The position numbers were made by a program, and so were the translations under genes. A stretch of 63,341 bases of DNA, filler included, from Asterionella formosa (Eukaryota), in assembly GCA_002256025.1 (NCBI GenBank). It is 22 parts of 22 records of this genome, joined end to end, with 100 filler letters (N's around TTAATTAATTAA, not from the genome) between each part and the next. Parts side by side here need not be neighbours in the genome. Positions count along the whole stretch, not along the records: positions 11,560 to 14,347 come from NKIB01014827.1; positions 14,448 to 17,235 come from NKIB01014828.1; positions 17,336 to 20,122 come from NKIB01014829.1; positions 20,223 to 23,008 come from NKIB01014830.1; positions 23,109 to 25,894 come from NKIB01014831.1; 17 more parts are not named here. The stretch is one strand, 5' to 3'. This document shows positions 12,761 to 24,774 of this stretch, piece after piece (position 1 is the first letter of the stretch; every line of letters starts with the position of its first letter). Under the pieces are notes generated by a model. That model was not told the origin of the DNA. It saw only the letters and a list, made by a program, of their open reading frames with translations, and made no database searches.

Positions 12761-14347
12761 TTTAAGATCATCAAACTTTAAGGAAGACAACGACAACAGT
12801 TATCAAGTAGTACAATGTCTTCAAGAAACCATAAAGAGGTTCATGGAAACAAGCGACATGTGGCAAATACTGCCGGTATGGAACAAAGAAGCAAGTTCCA
12901 AAATGAGTATACAAAGAAAAAGCGAATAGGCGATTATCCAAAGCAACCCAATTGGTGATTTGGAGACGTTCGGGGTAATACCCCATCGTCGATGGGGACA
13001 CCATCAGCTACTAGTACAAAGGATCCCGTAATTGATACTGACAGCAATGATGACGTTTCTACTTCAGTTGCTGATACAAGAAAAATGGCTCCTGTCGATG
13101 ATGACATTAACAACTCCCGGATGCAGATGGACGACATGGTACTATATCATAAATTTTCTAATCGCACGGACCAACAAGTACATGACAAACTGAGGGAAAA
13201 ACATTTTGTACTTGCCTAAGGATATTACCAATTGGTCAATGAACTCAATCACTACAAAGGTCGTAATTCGAATTCGGTTCAAAACTCGTCCATATGAGGT
13301 TATCAAGACTCTTCAATTTCAGCAGCCTTATCAGAACATCGTTCTCGCTTAGCTATAATTGAACCATCAATTGTCACAAAGGTTGTGAGTTTTATATTCA
13401 AGACCAAGAAGTTTTGCTGTGAACATGTAAGTTTGATGTTATAGTTTGTGAATTGCAGGTACTGTAAAACAGAATATCAATCAAATGTGCTTCTTTCTGT
13501 TCCCAAAAAAGAGACAAACATCCCGCCCTGCCAATCTGGTCCAAGTAGTATGAAAGGCATTTCCAATCAAAAACAGGATTGGTTTGCCCAATGTTGCCTA
13601 ACTCGGCCGGCTATACACAGTGAAACCGGAGTTAGGCAAAGAAGTGGAGAGTGACCCGGCCTAGAGCTTGCCGATTTCATATGGAATGGTTCTGATGCAC
13701 TACTTCCAATGAATCAGACCATTGAACGTACCAACAAGGCACGTTTAGATTACATCAAATCAACATTTGGTGGCATATGCACTAAAAAGTTGAGAGAATG
13801 TCAGAATGTATTGAATAATCAATTTAAAGGAATCTTAGGTAAGTTCTTGCAGGGAGATGCTCCGAAAGCATGATGTTTTGAGTCGGGGATTATATTCTTA
13901 TCAAATATGTTTGCTAACATAATTCATGACACACCAGCTGGTCTAACAGAATATAACTTCCAGACTATGGATATTGATGACTTTATTAGGTGGGCGTTGA
14001 CGCTTTATCGTTTTGCGCAGTCAAAGGACATTGACAGGGGAAGCCATGGATGCCAAGTCTGGCGTGATGTTCTTGCTCCGGTGTATTTTATAGGCAGGAC
14101 AAGCCGTGGAGAACCATTTTTAACAGGAGACAAATCTGGTGTGACCAAATTTCAACTCAGTCTTCGGGCACAGTGTGAATTGCAATCAAGTCAAGTTTTG
14201 TTGGTTAGCTGATCAATGCAAGTACAGAAGCATTTTGCTTCTTGGTGCTGAAAGGAAAATTCCGATTACAACAAAAATATTTGGGTTTCAATCCAGATAC
14301 CCATGAAATTTCAGAGAACGAAATTCGTCATTCTACCGATTTTGTCG
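12753..14347 (+). pseudogene. Degenerate copy of multicopy intron-containing gene family B (function unknown)
   Basis: Highly similar to the reverse complement of about 35830-37427; stops and frameshifts differ between the copies. Confidence 0.75.
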
Positions 14348-14883
14348 NNNNNNNNNNNNNNNNNNNNNNNNNNNNNNNNNNNNNNNNNNNNTTAATTAAT
14401 TAANNNNNNNNNNNNNNNNNNNNNNNNNNNNNNNNNNNNNNNNNNNNGCAACATAAGGGATCAAATACCACATAATTGCTCAAGCTGTCCTCATCAGTCA
14501 TGCAACTATTTTACACAAGATTCATCCTTTATTCTACTATATGTATATGAGTTTATGTACAGGTGGCTAATTAATACACTTTTTATACATAAATTCAATT
14601 ATCCCAAAAGCCCTTTCATCACCACTACCGGCATATTACTTAAAATGTGTGTATGATATAATGCATACATACATATATACATTCATGGATACATATATAT
14701 ACATTCATACATGGATGAGGGACAAAAGTTCCGGTGTGACTGAATGAATTTCGGACCTTGCATGTAGAATTGAACGACATGAGGTGGAAGGGAAACTATT
14801 TCCCGTAAAATAGGGAAGGACTCTACCGTACATAGAATTACAAACACGACCACAACAAAGAAAAAGGCGTATTTAAAACACAC

Positions 14884-16275
14884 ATGCGAGAGATTAAACA
14901 GAAATCAAACATGGCGAATATTGCACCTAGATGTACCCAAGGTCCTACTGCTCCAGTGACTCCAATGCCTCAGCAGTCTCCTTCTTTGCCAGCACCACAA
15001 TCTCAGCCTTCAACCCAAATTCCAACCACTTCAATTCCGTCTCCGATTGCTAAAATTCTTTCAAAGATGAGAATGAATGAACGGAATGCTAACATTCAAG
15101 AAGAAGGTCTCATGGAGCTTCGGAACTTGGCTTATAATAATGAAAACAACAAAGTGAAAATTGCTGAAGCAGGAGGTATCACTACGATTCTGTCTGCAAT
15201 GAAGACTCATTCCTCCAATGCTACTGTGCAAGAAAATGGTTGTGGAGCACTACAGAACTTGGCTGTGAATGAAAACAACAGGGTGACGAAAACCGGTCTG
15301 CAGGGTAGCAGTGTAAGTGGGGGTAGAAATATCGATACTGAATTGCAGAAGATTAGACACAAACAACAGCGGTTGCTGTTGTTGCGTCATGCCTCGAAGT
15401 GCCAATATGAAGCCGGAAAGTGTCCAGTCACTCCACACTGTGCTAGTATGAAAACGCTATGGGAGCACATTGCACACTGTAAAGATCAACAATGCACTGT
15501 TGACTATTGCATGAGCAGTCGATATGTACTCAGTCATTATCGGCGATGTAAAGATGCACGCTGTCCAGCATGTGGTCCCGTTCGAGAAACAATTCGAAAA
15601 AGCCAAGAAAAGGAGTCAAGTCGCGACGGTCAAAATGGCGGTACATCATTTCAGTCTTCAGGTGTGGACCCCTTTGCTGCCATGTCCGATATGACGGATG
15701 ACCCTACTATTCTGCTATCGAGCTCTGGTGCTTCACCTGATCTCCAGCCTGAACTGAAAAAAGCCAAGATAGAAATCAGCCCTTCAATCTCAAATCAATT
15801 TGACGCGCCACCAGCACCTAGTAACATCACGTCTTCTGCTCCCTTAAGTACTAGTAGCATTGGGATGTCAAGCTACGACCAGCAAATAGCTGCAGCAGGA
15901 GGTATCACTACGATTCTGTCTGCAATGAAGACTCATTCCTCCAATGCTACTGTGCAAGAAAAAGGTTGTGCAGCACTTAGGAACTTGGCTGTGAATGGCA
16001 ACAACAAGGTGACGATTGCTGATGCAGGAGGTATCATTACGATTCTGTCTGCAATGAAGACTCATTCCTCCAATGCTACTGTGCAAGAGCATGGTTGTGC
16101 AGCACTGCAAACCTTGGCTGTGAATGAAAACAACAGAGTGAAGATATCCAATGCTGGTGGAAAAGCCCTAATTGAGTCTGCTATGCGAAATTAGACATCC
16201 AATGCTGGTGTTCAAGAAAATGGTAATGGAGCACTTCGCAATTTGACTCTCCGTGGGAAATGGTCATTATGGTAA
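14884..16275 (+). CDS. Armadillo-repeat protein with an in-frame TAZ zinc-finger insert; TAG at 16192-16194 interrupts the last repeat and the frame continues to 16275
   Basis: Near-identical ARM repeats (IAxAGGITTILSAMKTHSSNATVQExGCxALxNLA). TAZ signature LLLLRHASKC-CPVTPHC-HIAHC-C-C-HYRRC-CPAC. Confidence 0.88.
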
Positions 16276-16632
16276 TAATTAGGAGGATCAACTAGTATTT
16301 ATTATTGTAATTACGGAACTGTTATGTTTTGATTATCAACAAGTAGGGTACGTTTTTGTTAAAATGTTTGTTGAAATTTACGTTTACACTCTTCTTTATG
16401 GATGTTTCCCTGATTATGATACATACATGGTGAGCGATGCTTGTTTTGTAAACTCGTTCATTTTGCATACACAAGGATCCATCAACATGGACATGGATAT
16501 GGAGATGAATAGCACACCGTCACCATCTGGGGGTAGCCGGAATGAAACAAGTCCATTTATAAAATGTATTCGCAACAGCAACAAATCAGAAATGATTCCT
16601 CGGAGAAAGTGATGAGTGAGTACCACTTAAAA

Positions 16633-16839
16633 ACTGTAAGCCACCGCTATTTTACTCTATCTTTCGACTAAAAATATTTATGTAATTCAACAATCAAAAC
16701 TTGACGCAAGTACAAAGCTTATGTTAGACAATGCTCTCTGCTATACTATTAAGGAATCAGTTTTTATTCAGTGTATCTAGCCATGAAGAAATAATTTTTC
16801 CAAAGTCACTAAGATTATTGCATAGCGGTGGCTTACAGT
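16633..16839. mobile_element. Candidate MITE (family D), 207 bp with perfect 18-bp inverted termini
   Basis: ACTGTAAGCCACCGCTAT (16633-16650) and ATAGCGGTGGCTTACAGT (16822-16839) flank an AT-rich non-coding core. Confidence 0.7.
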
Positions 16840-17037
16840 GCATATTTTTCTATCTGTACATGGATATATTTTACCCCCAAACCGTGTTTATTTTTACTCC
16901 GTTAATACTACAAAAATTATTTTCTTATTACTTTACGTTTTACACTTTTGCAGGGGCAGCATCATCGTTGGAGAATTCTTCTGATGCATTACATTAATCT
17001 CGAGCTTCTTTGCATCTAATTACTTGCTTGCAGAGTC

Positions 17038-17235
17038 TCAAACTTCATCACGGAATGGTGGATCGGCAGTAGCAGTTGTAGAAGGAAAGGGAATAGCAAC
17101 AGGAGGAGGTGCAGTAACAACAACCACAGCAATAGGAGGTGCATGGAGAGGGAATGGCGGCTGCTGGTCACCACGGTGATTGGTATCGTCGAATCTTGTA
17201 ATCAGAGCTTGCCTTATTTGTGGAACCGGCAAATC
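17038..17235 (-). mobile_element. C-terminal fragment of a pogo-like transposase
   Basis: PVPQIRQALITRFDDTNHRGDQQPP matches PVPQTRQALLTRLGETSHRGGDQQAP at the end of the transposase at 43338-46073. Confidence 0.75.
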
Positions 17236-20200
17236 NNNNNNNNNNNNNNNNNNNNNNNNNNNNNNNNNNNNNNNNNNNNTTAATTAATTAANNNNNNNNN
17301 NNNNNNNNNNNNNNNNNNNNNNNNNNNNNNNNNNNCTACAAGCAACATAGCTTGAATTATTATGTTCGTATCTAGCATATTTAGCCCAAAACGTGAATTT
17401 ACCCGCTTCAACGTTGACTCTAAGTTCAAAATCTTCCAAACATTGACTCTCAGTTTTTAGGTGGTACCCTGGTACTGGTAGAACTGAAAATGCTCCATTC
17501 TCCAAATAATTTTGTATCACTAAAATAAATCACGCTGTAACATGGATCTTCAATGGTAACAGGTCAGCATCAAACATATCCAAAATGTGACCAAGATTGG
17601 CTGAGAGATGATGAAGAAGTTGAAATTCGCAAAGTAACAATTATATATTCTTGTTTTGGACTTATAGATCTGGAACTATGTTTTGACATAGAGACATTAT
17701 GTACGAGAATTTACAAATATGATATATACTAAGTATCATCACCATGATGCTCCACTTTTCCACAGTCGTGCTGTTGACCTCGAAGTATGAAATGATGTCA
17801 TGCCACCACAAGTGTGAGTATTTTACAGAAAGAAATCAAAGGAGTTTGTCTATTATGATTAAATGCAGCTATTGTAAATTTACAAAAAACGCCAATTAAC
17901 AGGTTGAAAGCGCCCACTTTGTCTGACAATGAGCAAGTGCCAAAATGGAAATGCCACCCAAAGCATCACATGACATCATCATAACAAAACAAGCACCACA
18001 ATAGCAATGGCATCTACGAAATCAAGGAAAAAACTTCTTTCACAAAGCGCCAACTACAAACAACAACCAAAAACCACGCAAGCACCATGATGGCAGTAGT
18101 AACTGGCACTGGAAGATCTCGCCACTGTCAACAAGAGCCAACCACAGCTAGAATCACATATCATAGAAAAATACATTGTGAGCATGATATTACATTACAT
18201 TGAAATGTGTAGCCAAGGATCAAGGCGATTTTAATAAAGACTAAAAAGGAGATTAAGTTTTACAGCTCATTGGTACTCCCATTCCTATAATCCCTAGACT
18301 ACTTATTACTACTATGGATGCATAGTATTGTCATGTATGTATTGGGCTATTTCTTCTTTGCATGATATGAATATAGACATCTAGGTGCTTTTTGTGTCTG
18401 TCCATCGAATTCCATTCCGAACTCCTTAACAAGAACATGTCATTACAAGCACTACAATAAAGCCCTTTCCACTCCTCATAGATACAAAGTTTACCGGCAA
18501 CAGAGTGAGGGAAAACAGCAATCCTCATTATTGCCTGGCATGACACACAAGATGGCATGAACCATCACCCAAAAGCTTTGTAATTTTGTTGATGCTAAGT
18601 TACAACATACAAGATGATTCAAGCCTCCCAGTCATTGATTTTGTACCATTTGCGCAAATATGCTGCTGCTCTCAATGGATCGCTTTGTTTCATGCAAGAT
18701 TCGGCTACTTCCGAAAAAGCAGAACAAAACCAAGCCACCATGAGTATGGAAAGAATGGGCTCAATCCGTTTACATACTTGACAGTCCGGCATTGTATACC
18801 CCTGGCTGGCAAGCATCAAATAGACTTGATTGAAAGTGTCTTGCTCAGAAATGCTTGTTGTCCTGTTCACTGGGAAGCATCAAAAGATTCCATGTGTGGG
18901 AATCGAACCTCACAACCTCAGATCAAAGGCAACATGATTATCCTAAAGCCATCCTCTCAGAAAGGTTTATTTATATTCCTTCATGATCATGCTGCTGAGT
19001 TCTGAGATCTACACCGATATCAAATCTTCTTTTCAAGAAACTATCATTCCTTCATGATCTGATGGTTTAATGATGAGTTCTGATATCTTCAAGGTTGTAG
19101 CCCCGCAATTACACATTGCGAGGTCCGTTTTTTTTCCAAAATAATTTTATGATGTACCTTAATCGACACATTACGTACACATAAATAAAATAGTTAAAGG
19201 TAAAATTAGCTTTCAACATTACGACAACTTTGCATATGTTTGTATGTGCAAAACGTTCTCGTAGACTCACTCGTAGTCTTGCGTTGATATGTTTTGCTGC
19301 TTAATTCTCAGTCCGACAAGAGGACTCCAGGGTACGTTGCCGCATCTGAATTGAATTTACTCACCTGTTCCAGATTGGCTGAAGTACTCCGGTCTTGTAA
19401 AATCACGCCAGCCACACTTGAATCACACGTATTAGATGTACCATACCAGCAGGCAAAATCATTACCGGTACACCGGTACTACTTTCATCCTGTCTTCCAT
19501 TGTCATGAACCGAGATTTTGTACTACCGGTACTCTGGAACTTCGGTACCTGGTACTGTACTGATTTTTATTAAACCTACCGGTACTACATACTGCAGTGT
19601 AGATTCAAAACAATGTATAAACACCAACCATGAGCGTACACGTTGGCGTACTCCTGATTTATACTTGTGTTTTGACGTTGAGCAGAATCATGTCTACATT
19701 CAGCAATGACGATATAGAATTAAGGTATAAAAATCATTTTTTTGTTTATAATGGAACTCTATCAATCTGGCACTGATTCCTATGTATTTCAAATATGCAA
19801 CCTTAAATCGAGAACAAATCTTGGTTTTCACGAAACTTGATACCAGGGAGTTGAAGTTAAAGACGGTTTTGACGAAAAGGAAAACAGAACTAAAGTTTTC
19901 ATTCAATGCATCTTGCAGGTACCCTTGTTTACTGGTACATGTATAGAATTTTTAGCTTTCGATCTAATATTCATTACTACTGATCTAACTTATTACTCTC
20001 ATTGATCAAACCTATTATCATGTTCTATAAATGATAAACAAAAATCGAATTAAATGGATTGATATTTAATACTCAAATATTCTAGTCTACTTCTGGTCAC
20101 CCATACTTTCCACTGTGCATGCNNNNNNNNNNNNNNNNNNNNNNNNNNNNNNNNNNNNNNNNNNNNTTAATTAATTAANNNNNNNNNNNNNNNNNNNNNN

Positions 20201-20453
20201 NNNNNNNNNNNNNNNNNNNNNNTCACATGGTTCAACCTTCTCTTTCATAAATCATCTTTCTAATTACACAATGCGATCAAGAAGTTTTGGTAAGCAAAAG
20301 GTGATGATGCGCCTTCCTCGATGATCTATGGAACAATAATCGCGTGCAGTCTTGAGATTGATGGACGTAGTCCTGATGACAAGAATATGCCAGTATATAG
20401 GGGTTGTAAATGATGACGAGCTTCAAACTTTCACGTGGAGTCGACATTTATTT

Positions 20454-20560
20454 AGCAATTCCCGCTCCAGCTATCGTCTTGCCACTCGGGTACTTCTAAG
20501 TAATTTTTAAACTCTAAGTAATTTGTTAAGTAATTTTTATTTCGGGGCAATAAGGGGCAA
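20454..20560. mobile_element. Family C terminus in the opposite orientation, probably the other terminal inverted repeat (about 105 bp)
   Basis: AGCAATTCCCGCTCCAGCTATCGTCTTGCC...TAAGTAATTTTT is the reverse complement of the family C end; it diverges after about 105 bp. Confidence 0.78.
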
Positions 20561-21952
20561 GTAGGTAAGCGAGTGTGTTCGAAAGAATTTTGATACATGC
20601 ATCACGATCAACACAGTTACTTACACACCATGGCATCATTGTTCCATCATTTCATTGCTGCAAGACTTGATGGCTGCCCACATTAATCATGATCCTCTTG
20701 GCTTAGTGCGCTTGGTAAGCCTGGCAGGAAGTCATTGAATAGTTGATGCAGGTTGAAATGCACAAGCTAAGCAAGTTAAGTAGTAAAGAATTTTTTATAT
20801 CCTTTTGTCACAGATCTTTCTCTTCCCTCCATCATACCCACAGAAATTGGCTATACTCAGGAGAAACATGTTTTATGTTTGACAGCTTCTCCAACCTTCC
20901 CTCTTAGTAGGGCAAAATTCCACTCAATTAGAATTTGATTTTAATGAATCTGTCAGCAAAATAAAATAAATTTTCACTCTCTACATGTTTTTATATCCTT
21001 TGTATGATTATAGATTCAATAACTCAATACCAGTTATGTTGATTTTTGTTTTAACAAGTGGCTGCAACTCAAATTGAATCATATTTCTCGACTTGAACTG
21101 ACTGTCAGTAGACCAACACCATATCTCTGTTTCAAATTCATGACTTTTTTTATAAACTTCGTCATGACAGGGAATGAAATTACACTAAAGGATCTAAAGG
21201 ATTGAATGTATTATAGCCCATTCGTTCTCCACTATTTGCAGGCAAGTCTTTAATTGTGCTCAACACAACATATTCACAGTTTAAATAATTCGACAAAAAT
21301 TGGATTGTTTCATTCAGCTGAACTCTCAGCAGACCCAAGCCGAGTATCACTCTCAATTTGAATCTTTAGCTTTCATGATATGACCCTTGATTATCCAACA
21401 CAACAAAGCGGTTTTCAATCTAGTCGACGCAGACCCAATTCGTTCAACTCTCAGTATACCCAAATCGATTTTTGCTTTCCATATGAATCATCTCTAATTT
21501 TCATAAAAATAATGATAGATTATCCTGTACAACAAACAGTATGTATGCACCTTTAGAAAGAGTTGAAACAAACCTGACCCAACTGTTTGTTTTTGATTGA
21601 AAGCTCACTGTATCCAAATTGAATTTATTTCTCTTTGCATGTGAATTATAATTCTTTGTTCTGACAGTACTTTGTCAAACAAAGCTTGACTCAAGTAGAA
21701 TTTTTGATTGTTTACATAATCTGTCAGCTAACACCAAATTACCTCTGCCAATAAAAAGTATCATGCATATAGGATCAAGGGTATCGTACGCTAAGTGGCA
21801 CAGGATTTTCGTATACATGATAATTTTTGGATCAAAATTATGATCAAGGTATCCTATAACTATGATGATTAATATTAATATTTTACCGACCTTGAAGTAT
21901 AATGATAATAAGAACATTATCATCACACAATGAGATTATTTGATTGTAATTA

Positions 21953-23008
21953 GGAAATCTATACTGGACTTTCACAAAATAATCGATCTGAATATGGAAG
22001 GAATCCTAGTGGAATTGCTACTCCCACCACAAATATCATCTACCCACACTCATACTTCTCATTTCCCAATGTAAGTGAAGAGGATATGCATCAATATGTT
22101 GAACCACTTCAACCAAATGTTCCTGAGAAGAATATCGATTACAATGAACACATTAATCAACGGGACATTGATGACGACGTTGATTTTGAATGGATCTAAT
22201 AAAATCCAATGCATGCTTAGTACTAGTTACATAATAAATATAGTTAGTGTGAGACTTCTACAATGCACTAACCATATCATAGATGTTAGGAAAACATTGA
22301 TGTTGCTCTATACTACTATTAGTGACGCCTGTACTGTATGTAGCGGTATACCTCCATTTTTACTACTATGGTGGAGTGATAATTTCACGACTCTGTATTG
22401 TCCAGCACAGCATGATCGGAGTGATGCTAAATTTATTATTGATAATTCATTTTCACTCTATCCTTTTCATATCCTGACTTTGTCATCATTTGAAATTTGC
22501 AATGTCTTTGCGGACATGGCAATGGTGCTATCTGTGTAACTACAAATTTCGGAAGAACAAATCCCCATCTGAGTCTCACAATCGAAATTGTAGCAACCGT
22601 GTATTCTATGCGTATGGTCACTGTCGACATTGCATGCAAGAACATCGAGTTCCTGGAATACATAATGAAACTATGTATTGCGGTAGTGCGCGCATCGAAT
22701 CAATCAAGGAAAGAAGTTAATGGCAGTGTAACTGCTGCAGCGTTTAGGGAGAGAAGACAACAAGAAGAGATTATGTGTCCTTTCCTTGAATCAAGTGGCC
22801 ACAATCATCCATTTCATGACGACAGCGACGATTAAGTTTATAACAATATTCAGTCACAACAAGACAAACAATTGAGACTAAAAACTCTCCAAGGATTGAA
22901 TTCAGAGATCATGCAATATTCAGATTTCCAAGATCACACCGGCTTTCTCCCTGAAAATGCAATGGAAATGCCCCTTCCTCCTCAATTTCAACTTCCAAGT
23001 AAACATTC
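21953..23008 (+). pseudogene. Family B, 3' part, degenerate copy
   Basis: Matches the reverse complement of about 34650-35718; both contigs break at nearly the same position (CCAAGTAAACATTC). Confidence 0.75.
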
Positions 23009-23108
23009 NNNNNNNNNNNNNNNNNNNNNNNNNNNNNNNNNNNNNNNNNNNNTTAATTAATTAANNNNNNNNNNNNNNNNNNNNNNNNNNNNNNNNNNNN
23101 NNNNNNNN

Positions 23109-24724
23109 CTATACTGTTCAACATCTTCATTGATGACTTGGCAGTGGGGACGGAGGAGAGCGGTGCCCTGGTACCAACTGGGGACAGTCGCACATGGCGG
23201 AACTCCACACCCACACTGACAGTGGGATGTACCCTCTTTGCTGATGATGCGGCCGGAATCTGCCCCTCCCTGGAGGCGGCCAAACGGTTCTGTACGCACG
23301 TTACCAACTGGGTTACAGCTAACGAGATGAGTGTGGGCATAGGGAAGTGCGGGCTGATGGAATTCCTACCGCCAGACCCAGGTTCGGCCACCGAACCGCT
23401 TGTCCCTGGACAAGATGTGGCTGGACTGGAACTGGAGGGACTTCCACTCCCTGTTGTGGACAGATATATGTATCTGGGTGTCCTCATGACACCAGGTCTG
23501 TCTATCTCGTCTATGGTGGACCATAGAGTCAAGCAAGGGCGGGCCACAGTTGCCACCTTGGTACCGTTTCTACGGTGCCCGGTGGTACCAATGGCCATGC
23601 GTTTGCTGACTGTTGCAGGAGTAGTTGCCCCCCGCCTCCTTTTTGGGGCTGAGCTGTATGGTATGAACCGTCACCTTACGGACAAAATGCAGGTTCTTCT
23701 GAACCGATGCCTTAGGGCTAGCATTGGAGCCAGGAGGGCAGGGGATGTGCCATCAGTAGGCCTTTGGAAGGAGGCACGGATGTTGCCAATGTGTGCCTTG
23801 GCGGGTGCCCGACGGGCCAGAGCTTATGCCAAGGCCTCGGGTCTCAAAACCTGGCTTCAGGAATTGGTCCTAAGACCATTCCGAAGTCAGAAATGGACAT
23901 GGTGCTCAGGGGTTCCGCGCTGGCTGAAACGCTATGCGCTCCCCCATGCACCGGTGTCTATTGTGGAGAGGTACTTGGGTGCTGGATGGCAGAGCCTGGA
24001 ACCAAAGGTACTGGCTGAGGTAGTGAAAGCATGCATCTTGGAGAGAGAGTGTGGGATCCGACGGAACTTGACTCGTCCGTCGGGGGCCCGCACAGTGTGG
24101 TATGAGGGAGCCGGATTTGACAAGCATCCACTCACACGGTCACGTGTGGGGGGCAGTCCCAACGACCAAGCAGGACTGGCTTTGATAGTTCGGTGTCGGA
24201 TTGGGGCATTTGTAACTGTCCCCACCTTGGTGGGGTGGAAGCGAATGCCTCATAGGTATTTGAGGAAGTGTCCATTTTGTGGTATGGATGAACCAGAAAC
24301 GCTGGAACACTTAGTGTTCACGTGTGGTCGGTGGCGTGGTCTACGCACCGAGCCACACATGGCAGAATTGATCGCGAAAGTTCGGACGTTAGGGCCGAAT
24401 TTCGCCCTCGGTTTTGACCAACAACGGTTGGCATGGCTCCTCGGAGGGAGTTGTGATAACCGCTGGGTACATGGATGGATGATGGGTGAACCAACCGGAG
24501 TCACAGCACAGCAAAACTGTGACTCTTCGGTTGACAGCTCATCATCCGATGGGGACGGTAGCCAGATGGAACGGAACCCGGCAGGGGCCACCACCCTTGC
24601 CAGGTTCCTGATGAGCGTTGTTAGCCTTCGTGCTAACATAATCAGGTCCCGTTGGGGGTCTTACGCAAGTGAGGCATTTGACGGGGTCCCACACACCTCC
24701 ACGGGCCAACGCCCCGACGGGTAG
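23109..24724 (+). mobile_element. Non-LTR retrotransposon, 3' half of ORF: RT C-terminal part, thumb and CCHC zinc knuckle
   Basis: ILFNIFIDDL, TLFADD, YMYLGV and CPFCGMDEPETLEHLVFTC motifs; open frame to TAG at 24722-24724; clearly more GC-rich than the other contigs. Confidence 0.93.
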
Positions 24725-24774
24725 GGCAGACCGCGTACTGGTCAAGACTGGGGCTGCACACAGGTTTTTAGTGA

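Noticed and set aside
24608..24650. CTGATGAG as a hammerhead ribozyme core
   Set aside because: No correctly placed GAAA or stem III follows; the segment folds as a simple hairpin inside the ORF.
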